Below, piece by piece: positions 1-13,745 of a stretch of DNA of 64,000 nucleotides. Position 1 is the first letter of the stretch. Every line of letters starts with the position of its first letter. The stretch comes from Phoronis australis. Lineage: Eukaryota > Animalia > Phoronida. The notes under the pieces were generated by a model. That model ran no database searches. It worked only from the letters and a program-made list of their open reading frames with translations, and was not told the origin of the DNA. The stretch covers positions 321,839 to 385,838 of the forward strand of contig NMRA01000311.1 of the NCBI GenBank assembly GCA_002633005.1, read 5' to 3'. Position numbers and translations under genes: made by a program.

Positions 1-90
1 CGCCACTGCAGTGAGATCGACTCTCAAATGCAATGAGCAATGAAGAGCGGTTCGTGACAAGTCTGGATTGAATGATCTTCGTACTCAACC

Positions 91-402
91 GTGTTAATCA
101 CGCGAGAAAACATTGAGAATGTCCACATTGTGTTAATCATGCGAGAAAACATTGAGAATGTCCACATTGTGTTAATCACGCGAGAAAACATTGAGAACGT
201 CCACATTGTGTTAATCACGCGAGAAAACATTGAGAATGTCCACATTGTGTTGATCACGTGAGAAAACATTGAGAATGTCCACATTGTGTTAATCACGCGA
301 GAAAACATTGAGAACGTCCACATTGTGTTAATCACGCGAGAAAACATTGAGAATGTCCACATTGTGTTAATCACGCGAGAAAACATTGAGAATGTCCACA
401 TT
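91..402. repeat. Minisatellite, 8 near-perfect copies of a 39-bp unit (GTGTTAATCACGCGAGAAAACATTGAGAATGTCCACATT), intronic
   Basis: Direct tandem repeat; explains the repetitive ORFs 24..401(-) and 286..513(+). Confidence 0.95.
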
Positions 403-613
403 GAATTTCAATTTGTTGATCATGTGTTCTTCGTGCTTGTTCATTTTGAAGACTGCCAAAAAATCAATTATTGCAAAATACATGAACTCAGATATAAAAG
501 TATGAAAAATTAGTTAAATGTAAATAAGCACAAACCTAGTATGATCAAGGTCGACTAACGCTTTGGTGTCTACAACATATTTTAATAGTACTAACATCTG
601 TTTATGCTTGCAG

Positions 614-3600
614 GAAAACGGAAATGAAAATATCTACTCGCAACAAAAGGGTCAAAACGTACAATGTAATCGGATTTATCAAAGGGGACATCGAACCAGG
701 TTTGAAAGCGATTCACGTCAATTGAATTTCTTAGTCAATTTCTATTTCAAATGCAATTTAGTTTATGAACGTTTTTTTTTGGGTTTGGAAAGCAAACTTG
801 TGAGTCAACGTCTACCATTTTGTAACAGTAACGGATAAGTAAAGTTTTACTCACATGGTAATTGAAAAGTTCACTTCTTAATTGTATTCAAGTGTGTCAC
901 ATATGGGTACCTGGGCTTAACTGTGTATTGTACCGTCGAACGCCGCTTTAATGAACTCACTGAAAGGCAAACGTTGATTTTGTACTGCGTGTCTGTTGGA
1001 TCTAAATTTGGCGAACGTATTATTATACCGGGCTTCTGTATCATGTTATGCACCAAACACAACCGTGATATTTAATCCGGGTACAAAAGCACCTCTCATT
1101 CAGTTGCTTCGTAATTACTGTCAGGGATTGCAAGGACACGCAGCTTTGGATTTTTTATTAGTATCAAAGATCACGAGTCGTTGCGATGTATGAAATAGGA
1201 AAAATTCGATTCAGTTTAACCTTATTCGCCATACACTGATCCAACAACTTTAAAGACCGGCGTACCCGCTTCATCACTCGAAGTTAGATTGCGTTTACAT
1301 GTATAACTCATAAGCATGTCTGTCAAGTTCTGACGTATTTAAAATTGTACCCAATCCTAATAATGTGGGTCTCAATCGTGTTGTGAGTCCCAATCGTACG
1401 TGTCATTGTAATAGTTCCTGATACGTCACCACTAAAAGGGACGTTATCGGTTTTACGGCGGAAAAGCGCATTTTTATTATTGTTAGGTGGGATAGACGTC
1501 ACGGAGTTCTTAGCTGTAAAACAACAAAATCTGTTGTGTTGTGTTTTTCATTACAAACCATTGATTCTCGCCGTTGTCAGCCAGACATATGCTGAACTCA
1601 AGTTATCGAATGGGATTTAGCTCTTCCAGTAGAATCAGACTGCGGGGTTGCAGCTTCGGTTCCGCGCTGAGGCTGATCCCAGAAAATCACTCACCTCAAA
1701 TGCAATGTCTCTTAAAACAGCCGCATAGCCGTGCGCGTGAAATCATAATCATAGACTTAGCATCACACTATAACAGGCTGTCCAATGAGATTTTATCAAA
1801 TTCCAGACCGTTACGTTATCATTGGTAACCATCGTGACGCCTGGGTATTCGGAGCTCTCGACCCGTCCAGTGGTTCAGCCAGTATGCTGGAACTAAGCAG
1901 AGTCTTCGGGAAAATAATAAAAGGAGGTGAGGACCATTCAAGAGCAATACCAAAGACCAGTACCGTAAATATGCTAACAGAAGCCGGCTTCTAACAGAAA
2001 CGTCTCTAAAAGAAGCCGTGGAGTGAAATTAATCAACATCGTGTTTCCAATAGGCCTAAATCTGCCTTATCTTATGAGTTGACGACCGACAAAGGCGATT
2101 TTTTGTCATCGTGGGGTTGGCCTAGTATTTAATAAACCCAGGCTCTCTAATAAAGGGCTTCCTCTAAATACCCCGCCTTCTATTAGAAACTCTACGGCAA
2201 AAAAACTTCCATTAGTGCACAGTTTCTGCATTCATAGTATTTTCCTTGTGCCTTGGAGTTATATTTGGGATATCGGCGTTTTAGGCCAGATCGTCAACAG
2301 GAAGATGATGATGAACGCTCCCTCTAATCTCTCTTTTCCATCTCAGTCGTTGTCTGTAAAGACTCTAAGCTGGTGCCTCCTATAATTCTGACGATGGTTA
2401 AAATTCTAACAGAAACGTTTGATCGCATATGCTTAATATGTAAATATGTTTTTTAAAGTGTTCATCATCGCCTTACGGTTAGATTTGTTGAATCGGATAG
2501 GTTGTTTTTTGGTATCTCGATGTTTGTGAATTTCGTCTTTTCATCCAAATCTGGCACACTAGCTTCTAAAATTCTTTTCCTCAAACCAATCACTGACACA
2601 ATAAGCAACGCATGCTGAAGTTTTGTGTTGGCACTGTGATATTAACGGGGACGTTAGCGTATTGTGGCACTGGGTGAGTAAGTTCTTCTTTCAAATTATA
2701 GTTTTGAAGACTGTAACTGTGTTTGCTAATAGAATTCTCCTAATAATTCTCTTGTTCCCAGTTTACTGTTTTCTTAAATCCAGTGTCCTGCTCATTGTTG
2801 TATTGCATTGTATTTTATTGTATTGTATTGTCTCCTTACATTTGTGAGCATCGGTACAATGATTCGATTAGGATATGAAACTCTGTATATCGCAGCATGC
2901 CATGGAATAGAAACGTAACGACCCATTCCAAAAAAACTGACTTAGCTAAGACAAATCTTAAATTTTAGTACATTTAAAAAAAAATAAATTTGTCTCAAAA
3001 CCAAATCAAGAAAGAGATCTTAAGTTTGACTTAAGTGTATGACCTACGTTTTTCCTTAATTTTGACTAGCTTTCCAATTGTGGAAGTTTCTAAGTTTGGA
3101 AGTTAAGACAAATCTTAGACTTAAGTCAAAAATGAACTTAAGTCAATTTCTTGGAACAGGTCCCTGTTGTTTACACAATAAGGAATTCAATAATCTTCGC
3201 TTTTTTACCAGGCTGGAGACCGAGACGGACAATTGTATTCGCAAGTTGGGGAGCCGAGGAGCATGGAATAGTGGGCTCCGTTGAATGGGTAGAGGTAAAT
3301 TGTATTTTAATAGAGGTAAATTGAATTTTAATACAGAGAAATACTTTTAAGAATTATTTTTACTAGCATTGATATAGTTTATCTGCGCATCACAGGGCAT
3401 TGGTGTGTTACGTCTATTTTACTTTTCTTACGAGGCCCCCGGTCTGTAATGAGACTCGTGGTTTGAATTCGGTAGTTTAAATGCGATGGCGGCTTCTCAC
3501 TAGGCAATGCACAGACACAGTTAGTCACCGAAAAGTTACTTTGTCGTCATATTTCACCAATGAGGAAAGATCGGGTAGATAACTAAATTGTTTATTTACG

Positions 3601-6600
3601 AGTTACGCGCCTGAATTAGAAATGTTATAACCCCTTAAAAACGAGGTTCGATCTTTTTGGAGTACAAACATTGTACAACTGCACAAAACTGATGAGACTA
3701 TGAGGCTATCTGCTTATGTTGTAGAACTACATAAAGTCCCTAGCCGAAAGGACAGTGGCTTATCTAAATGTGGATATTGCATTAGAAGGTAAGACGCATG
3801 GTAATACAACAACGTTATCGTAAGATGAGACTGAAAATGGACATCTTCACCGAGTGTGACGAAAAGACCCAGTTAACAACATGGCCTATCAAGCAAGATG
3901 CACGTTACCGCTGTTTTGAAAGTTTAGTCGATAAAGTTGTCAAGAACATATAAACCCACCCCCCTTTAAAACAACTTCTGATTTAGGTCCCCTTACCAAT
4001 ATCAGATTTGTTTCCACTCCCTAACCGGTGGTTCATAATTACGCAGATTTGGGTTTAAAGCGTCACTTAGTGTTGATGTTACAATATTTATTGCCTAGCT
4101 TGTTGGTTACAGGTAACTATTCGTTGAGAGCCAAGGCGACACCGTTAATGAATCACGTGCTGTTTGAAAGTTCCAAAAAGGTGAGCAAGTGTTATGTGAA
4201 GGGGTGAACACAATTTCATGGCCGCGCCTCGAAATTCTAGCTGCATCAATCTATGACTAGCAAACATCAAATCCAAGGGACAATTCTCCACTACCTGCAC
4301 CTCACTTCTCATGCGCACCGAAGGGACTCCCTAACCGGTGACCAAACCCCAGACCTGGACCACGGCTCCGCAAGAGGAACCTGGTTCCCGGATATGGACT
4401 AGTTATGTGTCACCAGGGTTGCGTTCCGTATACCTAACACACTCGCGAGAATTGTTGTGTGATCACGTGCGTCAGTTATAATGCATGGCGATATCTCGCA
4501 AAGTCTTGTGTGATCATGAATTTTCGCGAGTTTCTTCAAGATATACGGAACGCTTGGTCGATATGGAATATTTTCGGCACGTATAATTTTATGCAGTTCA
4601 GGGACGCGGGTGAATTTGTATAGCGTCAGTGTCCGGGTGAATATTCAAAAAATGCGACAGGTCATTTACAGGTCGTCGATTCTCTCGTTAACTGGAATGA
4701 CCCAATTTTACATTTGAAAAAGATGCACAGAGTAACTATTTTCAGGCAATCATTGGGAATTATACTGTGGAATCACAGTAAACTGATAAACTACTCGGAA
4801 CTAGCGTAGTTCATGATTTAAAGTGGAACTTTCACGCTAATTCCTTATCCCTGTGATTGCTGGGCCAAATCAGTTAGAAAGACAACATATAGCGACGATG
4901 TTAATATGAAGTAGGTTGAAAATTGCGAAATGTTTTTAAAAATAAGCTTTGCGGCAAAGGCGATCCGCCGCAAGTCACTGAACCGTGTCCAGTAAGTATA
5001 CCGTGACGTGGTGCTGAGGAATAACACTGCATGATGTGGGCTATGTGAGCCCGCGAGGTACGTCATTAGTGCAAAGGTCACCTATTTGCAGAATTTTTTG
5101 TTTTCACATTTATAACTTGTCATTTAATACGACTGCGCTTTGTTTAGCGTAGGTTATGCAAAACTAGCGCTGCGTTTAGTTCCTGCTATACATTAGCATG
5201 GTTACACATAGGAGCATGTAAATATTCCTTTAAGATCAATGAAATTGTGTTTTTAAGCCCTAAGACCTGAGAATTGTCAAGTCAGCGCAAAATGCATACA
5301 GTTTACATTTTACAGATACCGAATCCAGATCATTCTGAAGTAGAGAATGGCAGAAAAACGGTTTATGATACATGGGCTTTCCGTAAACCGAAAAAAGGTA
5401 GAGACGGAAAAAAACTCGATGTGCCACAGTAAGTGAAAACAATTTGATAGTGATGATGAGGACGAATTCAGGATCAAATTACATTGGTTTTAGAATTTGT
5501 CCGCGCAGTATAAGGACTGACTTTGATACGAATGTTAGGATTTTATTTAACTTTCGGTCCGCAGGGTAGGGTGTAATGGTGCAATGCCATGAACCTCATT
5601 CGAGTGCCATTTAGAGCAAGCCGGGTATCCTGCATAGGCGAATTTAGGGGGGGGGGCGGGGGGGGGCGCCGCTGCCGGAAAAAATAAAACAGCAAGAGCG
5701 TGAGGAAATATTGCGTTTATTAACTAACCCCGGTAATTAACATGCGGTTGAAACAAAATTTAACAAAGTGTGGAGTTGCGCAATCGGTTTCCCGTTTTTT
5801 TAGTCCTCCACACCATGCAATCATGTGCTTTGCGCGATTCCTGAGCCAAAACGTTGGGCACCCCCCTTATGATATCTTAGATCCGCCACTGCCCTGCTCT
5901 AAGAAATGGCCTTTTCGCAATGAATTTCTGAGAGAAGAGTATCTTTTTCGATTCCCTAAGACCTATTTGCGCAAAGATTTCTGGGAAAAATGTTGTTCGC
6001 AAGAGATTCGCAGCAACGCACCAGGCTTAGTACTGAGTACGGGTGCGATAACCAGAGCGATCACAAGGACATTTCTGTTCAAAAAAAGGTTATAGGTTTT
6101 GGCTATCACTTGCAGACGTAGTGCCGTGAAAATTAGTAAATGCAGTGTGGTATGGAAAATACTGTAACACTGCGCCACAATCGTTTCTGAAATGATTGTA
6201 AAAGATTCTAGTGAAATTGTCTGTATCAATATGATTATTCATTTTCCAAGCAATGTCAGCCGGTCTTTTTGTCCTTTATGTTATTTAGTTTTCCATTTTA
6301 AGTCAAACCAACACCTGGTTTAATTTCAGAAACAGCGCCACGAGCGAGTGTTTTTTTTGAAAAAATCGCTGATGGGTGTAAAGGCATACTTTCGTAAACA
6401 AATTAACTTTTTGAACGCTAGACATAACAGAACTTCATGTCCAAGGAATAATATCACGGTGAAAATTTGTTTTGTCACTCCTCAGCACTTGGCATTGACA
6501 ATGATATTTTTTAATATACGGTAACATTTTCATCGTCGCAAACGCCAAAGTTAGAATTCATTCTAAGTGTTCATCTTATCAGCAGATTTTCGAAAACCCG

Positions 6601-9600
6601 GATCAGGCAAATATCTTGCTTTGAATAAGCGCTCTTTCGGGAAAGCAGGTACAATTTTTGGATATATCAAATAGATTTTAACGTAGTCCTACAACTTTCA
6701 ATTTCGAAGAAAGTGCTTAATCTGGACGCAAACTCAGGGGTGGGTCCAGCATTTTGAGTTGGGGGNCCCTAAATCTACCACCTAACGAGGAAGCACGTAC
6801 ATGTATTCATGATTATACACGCACTGCAGGCCAGGCGTGCTGAGCGAACATTGTCCGTTATTCACTGCGTTCCGCAAGCCAAATAGCAGTGCGCATTTTT
6901 TAAATGTTGGGGTGCGCCAGAGCGGCATCATCAATGTCAATGATTGTTTTACTCAGTTGGTTCGCGTATAGGCGAAGGCACCTGATTCCGAATATAGGCG
7001 TAGCTTCGAATGTAGGACCGGTGCCTAAATATGGGCATCGACCGTAAAAATAAAACGTTGCACTTATCAGTGATGGAATTTTGTAAGATATGGTGACATT
7101 TTAAAAATCTTAGGATTTACACTTTTGATCCTCCAGTGACTTCCCCTTTTCTGAAAGACTAGGCTTAAGCCACTGGGTCGGGGATACCTTGATTTTGTTT
7201 ACTTCTATCACTGCCCGTTTAAAAATGCAACTATTCAAGTCAATGCGGTCGCCGTACTCGCTAAAAAATAAATTTTGCGGGAATTATTGCCTGTTTATGA
7301 TACTGTGGCGGCTTCGTGGTGACTTGTAATTTTTCGCAAGTCGCCAAACACAGTCGGAACTCAAATTGGCGACCTGCAGTTCGTCAAATCGAGCACTGAA
7401 TACGGACCATTTTGGTTCGAAAAAGTGATGCTACTGGCGAGTATAATTTATTGCAAAAGAACTCTTTTTCATACACGCTGTCCACAAATGGTCCCTTTTC
7501 ATGTCCACTCTCTAAAATTGTACTGGTTATCACATTTTGTAAATTGTAATGAATCCACAAAGTTTTCAATCCGATCCCTGCGCGATGATGCTTAAATAAG
7601 ACTACAGTGTAAGACATGTTATCCTTGAACACTAGAACCGGACACTCGACAAAATATTAAATCATTTTCTTCAATTCGTTTTCAAAGACAATTTCGATAT
7701 TTTCATCATTTAATAAGGATTTTCTCTCTGTCTTGTGTCTAGGGTTATAACGATTGGATCGGGAAGTGACTATCAAGGATTTATTCAGCTGGGAGGCATT
7801 CCGTCCTGCGACATTAGATATACATTTGATCAGGTGAGTCAATGTCATTTATAATATTATAGTATTTTGCCGTTGTATTCATTATATCAAGGTTTATATG
7901 CGAAAACCCATACATCACAAGTTACTGAACTGTAATATTTTCCCGACGTTGGCGAACCGCCTGGCGTTGACGGCTGACTGGTTTCCATGAAAATTACGTC
8001 GTAACGGACCTCGAGTCAGGAAACTTAATTCTGACAGGTCGTGTCTGTTCACAAAGGAATACTTGTCTTTCACCCACACAGCCTTCCTGCAAACTTTGTC
8101 TGTCCGGCACCTCGATGTCCGCAGTCTCGAACGAGTTTCCCGTGTCACTAAGGTGACTGAACACTGTAGACTTAAAACCAATAACATTAGTCCTGCGATG
8201 CTGAGGAATACACTTATGTCAATTGTTCCTTTTCATTCAAACAAAACCAACTTTAATTTCGGTCGTCGACATTCTATTCACATATGTGTTTAAATAATCT
8301 TAAACGGAAATCTTCGCATACTATTTAATGCATGAATATTTTTGTTATAAAAAGCAAACAATATCTTTGAGAAAGTTGTATTACCGGGGATCAATAACAT
8401 TCGTATTTCCAGAAGTTGAAGCTATCGTCTTATCCCCTCTACCATTCGGTCTATGAAACGTTTCATTTAGTAGATGAAGTAATGGACAAAGATTACAAGG
8501 TAAGGTAAAGTTACGGTAATTCTCTCGTTTACGTACGTTCAATATAGGTGACACGTGAAAATCTGTTTAAGTGTTAAATTTCTCGAGAAAACTAAAAATT
8601 AAGAAAATGTTAGTCTCTCACTAACATGGTTGTAGTATGTATATATGTAATAAAACAACTTTTCGTTAATTATCCATTATTCGCTGTTAAGTAATCATCC
8701 TTTGAAAAATGGAAAAACGATTTTTTTTGTGAGAAATTGAGTTACCGTAATAATGAATACATCAAAACAACCGATGGTTTCAGTGTCACAACAATGACGG
8801 TTCAACTCGCTGAGCATTTTGCTGTCGTGCGTTAATCGAATGTGTATACATTTTCTAGTCACATTCCTTGTACGACATTAAAACGAGATTTTTGCAAAAC
8901 AAATCGTAAGATTGTTGTGAGATGTCAATGATAGTAGTATCATGAACATGGACGAGAGTATGGTGGCGAAACACGCCGCATTCGTGTAACTGTCGTACGT
9001 CTAACACAGGACGATTTCGCAGGGCCTTAGACGAGATAGACAGTACCACCGTCTCTGCTTAGCAGTTGAGACTTCGATGCTCCCATAGGGCCTTCAAACG
9101 CTGAAAGCTATTCGGCGAATTATGTCTCACACTGATTAAACCATCGAAGTCACGTTGCAATAAGTAGTTTTGGGCACAGACGGACAACTTAGGAGGCCGT
9201 CGATGTCTTCAGTTCCTTCCAACTCGAATGAATAATACTCCCGGAATCAAACTTTTTTCTAGCAGTCCTTCGTTCACTTGACGAAATCGGCAACTGGCCA
9301 TTTTTACACTGCTCACGTCAGGAGATATGACGTCTCTGCTCAGTAGAGACGGTGGCAATGTTTATAGACGACGCTACTTGATTAGCACTGGGCGGTCCCT
9401 TGCGATCAGGAACACTAGATGATGAATTAAGCTTTCGAACGCAGTACTGCTCCACCTCTCCCCCGTTGCCACCAATTCCTCTCGTAGGACCACTATGTTG
9501 AGGGGTTCCTATCGCTCCAAGTGGGAGCCCCTGTTTCAAGAGTTGCTAAACTGTACGGCAGTTAACTAATGGAAGTACTACAGGGTGTCCCTTCGCCACT

Positions 9601-12251
9601 GGGGGCCAGAAAGTTAAGCCTCATTCTCGCTGACAGAACTGCCACTGCGTACATTACATGTAAATGCGCGAAATAATGGTAACTTCGCAATTCCTTCAGG
9701 AGAATATTTCTACTTTGTCTAGTTTGGTTATACAAACATAACTTTTCAAAATGTTAGCAGGATCTTTCTAGCACTGAGTGAAATTGCAACCGACTCGAGC
9801 GAGTTCGTGAGATAAATCACCACATGTTTTGTAATTTTACGTTTTGGTGTTTCAGTATTTGACCGCTGTGACTCAAATGTGGGCCGAATTAACTCGCTTA
9901 CTAGCTGACGAAGTAATAATACCTCTCGATGTTAACCAATATAGTACCGCACTTCAAGATTTCACCGACAGTTTACTTGACACGTACGGGGATAAAATGA
10001 AAGAAAACGGATTACAACCTGGGTTAGGTAAGTCCGCTAAACAACTACTGAGAAAGCAATTTGCCGTGGAATGTTGGGTAACGCAAACTTGGAGTCCAAT
10101 GTATTAAGGATTTTGTATTTTTTTGCTGCATTTTAACTCTGTTCTGATTACACAGGTTTCCTGCAGAAATCCGTGTCAAATTTTGGAAAAGCCTGTGAAG
10201 ATTTTGTGCGCAAGTTGAAGACGGTGAACAAGAAAAAGTAAGTTTTAATTCATTCCAGCTGAAAAATACATGTACATTATCGAGAAATCAGCTGTTTGGA
10301 TTTCATATTTTCTCACGACATATTTCATCACTATCACTAAACTCACTCAGAGTTTATCTCTCAAGTCCTCATGTTCTGGTCGATGCACAGCCACGTGTAG
10401 GTACGAAACACGTTACAACTTTGAATCTACTGTACACACTACTGAATATACTTTCCGAGCATATCCCTGGGGAACAGTCACCAGAAACTTACGTACATGT
10501 ATATTTCAACAAGGGATTTTAAAAAAGCCCCTAAAGGATCCCAAAGGAAATATATTTGTTCAAAACATGACCGTAACATAAATTGATAGTTTCTTATTTT
10601 CACAACCAGAAATGCATAATACCTTAACAGTTTCGGCTCCTATCAGCAACCATCTCCCGAAGTTATCGGACACTAGGACTCCTAGTGTCCGATAACTTCG
10701 GCAGATAGTTGCTGAAAGGAGCCGAAACTGTCAAGGTATTATGCTTTTCTGGTTGTGAAAATTAGAAACTATCAATTTGTACTCTGCCAACCTTATGAAA
10801 GTATTTAGTGATGACTGTAATACAATGAAATCTCCTACCTTTCACCGTTTGGAACGCAGATTTTCCGGAAAGCACTCGTACATGTAGCTGTCAATCAGAG
10901 ATGGCACAAAACATTAATTATGCTTTTCTTTTTAGTCCATTAGCAGTACGAATGGTTAATGACCAAATAATACAGTTGGAACGAGCTTTCATTGACCCAA
11001 ACGGATTACCTGGACAGAAGTATTACAGGTAACAAACAGCCTGTGCTGGCAACAGCGCAGAAAGTGATAACCAAACAGTCGCGTTTTCTCCTTGAGGTAG
11101 CAAATGATTTCTTACCACTGAGTTTGGACGAGCGCAGACGGAAAGCTACGAACTGAGCTAGCTGCATCAAATCAAACCAAGCTCAGTAATTTCACAGCTT
11201 GAGCTCATCACCGCGTGAAAATTGTAAATTAGCGAGACTTGTACATTACAAATCGGATAAGAAAACCGTAACGTACAAAAGATTACCTGTACATGGATGT
11301 GAACACGAAGTGATTTCACAGTATGTTGGGATAAAAGTTATGACAACGATGGTATGTGAAAATTGAGCCTCCCGGGTGAACAAAATCGTGATTATACTGG
11401 AATGAGGGGGATACCTTCTCGTACCAGGAGACAAACATTTTATAGTTCAGGGCCCTAAGAAACTTAAATCGGTTCTGCTCGCTGTTTGCTCGTGACAATG
11501 ATGTGAGGTACAAAACTCATATGGGGTAGCGATTTGATGTCGTAGATTTCCATCTGTGCAGGGCTAACTTGCATGTACATATATCTAAAGGCATTTTTAT
11601 TAACCGTGTCCGGCTCACAATAGAATTCACCACTTGGTTTTAAAATGCCTCTTATCCGGCAAAACTTGCTTGTCAGGTTATTCCTCATCAAAAAATACAA
11701 GGCGACATTGGTAATGTAGTGCCCTAAAATTGCTGTATGCTTTTGATTCAATTCACCGTTTATGTTTGCTAAGCTCACTGACGAGGGGGCGTTTTCGCCG
11801 TTCTGTATTTCGTTCATTTGTTGTGCTAAAATAACAATCTACTATGTTAAGTGTTTTCAACATGGTGCATGGTTTTATGGGCTCATGGTGCGCGGAAGGT
11901 GAAATTCGTTGCGGTTTGTATTGAAAACGCACTCAACTAATGAAAGGGTGTGCCCTTATTTGAACTCGTTTTTTCAAGTTATAAGTATGCGGGGCTTATG
12001 GCACTTAGTCGCTCTCTTCAGGAAAAATATCTTTTTCTTACAGACACGTTCTTCTTGCTCCAAGCTCTCACGATTCGTACTCTGGAGCGGGCTTCCCCGG
12101 TCTGAAAGACCTTATGTACAAAATAGAGAAATCGACCAATGCAACAGCTCAGTGGGAGAGAGTGAAGCGCTACCTTTCGGTCATTATCTATACCATCGAT
12201 TCAGCGGCGTCAACTTTGCTCGACGTCACAAAAATACATAAAACTTTATAA
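614..12251 (+). CDS. M28B metallopeptidase, NAALADase / glutamate carboxypeptidase II (FOLH1/NAALAD2/NAALADL1) family; 5' part upstream of window
   Basis: 12 phase-compatible GT-AG exons: 614-699, 1807-1926, 3212-3294, 3725-3788, 4113-4180, 5316-5428, 7743-7833, 8413-8499, 9856-10027, 10156-10237, 10936-11028, 12044-12251 (TAA). Motifs [120 protein letters not shown]. Zn ligands and catalytic Glu are present. Confidence 0.95.
1961..2199. mobile_element. Degenerate Tc1/mariner-pogo-type MITE
   Basis: TACCGTAAAT...CTCTACGGCA imperfect inverted termini with internal repeated (T)CTAA(C/T)AGAA motifs. Confidence 0.4.
2920..3164. mobile_element. PIF/Harbinger-like MITE
   Basis: Imperfect TIRs CCATTCCAAAAAAACTGACTTAG / CTTAAGTCAATTTCTTGGAACAGG with internal CTTAAG repeats. 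Confidence 0.45.
4822..5229. mobile_element. Kolobok-like non-autonomous DNA transposon (copy 1)
   Basis: Flanked by TTAA (4818-4821, 5230-5233), AG...CT termini with imperfect TIR; a homologous copy lies at ~61145-61535. Confidence 0.6.
5633..5891. mobile_element. hAT5-like MITE, internally deleted copy
   Basis: Termini CATAGGCGAATTTAGG / CTTAGATCCGCCACTG, flanks TCCTG/CCCTG; same ends as the copies at 38666 and 55129. Confidence 0.7.
9037..9364. mobile_element. MITE related to the long-TIR element at 35904-36829
   Basis: TIRs TAGACAGTACCACCGTCTCT / AGAGACGGTGGCAATGTTTA; body aligns by eye with 35904-36160 and 59081-59325. Confidence 0.6.
10580..10778. repeat. ~199-bp near-perfect palindrome, 1-nt spacer at 10679, intronic
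   Basis: AAATTGATAGTTTC...CACTAGGA-C-TCCTAGTG...GAAACTATCAATTT, few mismatches between arms. Confidence 0.9.
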
Positions 12252-12829
12252 CTCTCTGCAGCGATAAGACACGAAGTTTAGATTAGAAAGTCAATCTTTG
12301 TTGCTATGACGCTTCAAGAAATGTTTATATACGCTGTACGAATCAAGCGCGCGTTTTATTAAATGTCGCACACCCAGTCGTAATGTACATTGTCCACATT
12401 ATCATTCACCAAATTGAAGTACTTTTGTGTCCCAAAATGCATAACATATACACCACAGCCGTTCTGGAGAAATCTTTCGGAGTGGATTCCATTCAGGATT
12501 GTTGTTTATAATTTATGCTTTAAATATTATACATGAAGCTCTATTTTTAATAAAAGAATTGCAGTGGTTCGCTAATTGTAAATTTGACGCACGGTCGAAT
12601 TTAGCTAAGAAGCGTTGTGTTGTTCTTGCAAAAACCCAATGTTGCCTTCGTAATATGACTCAAGACAGCGTACAGCCCTCACATAATTACTTTTGGGTGC
12701 AGCCTTCAAGTGGAACCTTCTAAGTCAATCAAGCGCAGCCGTTGTGTGTATAGGAACTACATGCAAGTCTTTAAGGGACACTTTACTAGTTTTTGAATAC
12801 ACATCACGGAACGTTTTAAATTAATGACA

Positions 12830-13745
12830 CCCCCACCACCACCACCCCACTTCCACCGTCAACACCACCATCATCATCCTCAACACTACCATCATCATCA
12901 CCACTACCACCAACAGTTCATCATCATCACCAACGCCACACCACCACCATCATCATCATCATCCTCACCACCATCATCATCATCATCCTCACCACCATCA
13001 TCATCATCCTCACCACCATCATCATCCCCACCACCATCATCATCCTCACCACCANNNNNNNNNNNNNNNNNNNNNNNNNNNNNNNNNNNNNNNNNNNNNN
13101 NNNNNNNNNNNNNNNNNNNNNNNNNNNNNNNNNNNNNNNNNNNNNNNNNNNNNNNNNNNNNNNNNNNNNNNNNNNNNNNNNNNNNNNNNNNNNNNNNNNN
13201 NNNNNNNNNNNNNNNNNNNNNNNNNNNNNNNNNNNNNNNNNNNNNNNNNNNNNNNNNNNNNNNNNNNNNNNNNNNNNNNNNNNNNNNNNNNNNNNNNNNN
13301 NNNNNNNNNNNNNNNNNNNNNNNNNNNNNNNNNNNNNNNNNNNNNNNNNNNNNNNNNNNNNNNNNNNNNNNNNNNNNNNNNNNNNNNNNNNNNNNNNNNN
13401 NNNNNNNNNNNNNNNNNNNNNNNNNNNNNNNNNNNNNNNNNNNNNNNNNNNNNNNNNNNNNNNNNNNNNNNNNNNNNNNNNNNNNNNNNNNNNNNNNNNN
13501 NNNNNNNNNNNNNNNNNNNNNNNNNNNNNNNNNNNNNNNNNNNNNNNNNNNNNNNNNNNNNNNNNNNNNNNNNNNNNNNNNNNNNNNNNNNNNNNNNNNN
13601 NNNNNNNNNNNNNNNNNNNNNNNNNNNNNNNNNNNNNCACCACCATCATCCTCACCACCATCATCCTCACCATTACTATCATCATGACGACCACCACCAA
13701 CAGTTCATCATCACCACCATGCACCGCCACACCACCACCACGACC
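12830..13745. repeat. (CAC/CAT)n microsatellite spanning an assembly gap (N 13055-13637)
   Basis: Direct inspection. Confidence 0.95.

Noticed and set aside
91-402. 39-bp repeats as a CRISPR array or a repeat protein
   Set aside because: Units are contiguous with no unique spacers and lie in a eukaryotic intron; the ORFs arise because 39 is a multiple of 3.
12824-13730. 287-aa and 267-aa His/Pro/Ser or Met/Val ORFs
   Set aside because: Trinucleotide microsatellite plus a 583-N gap.
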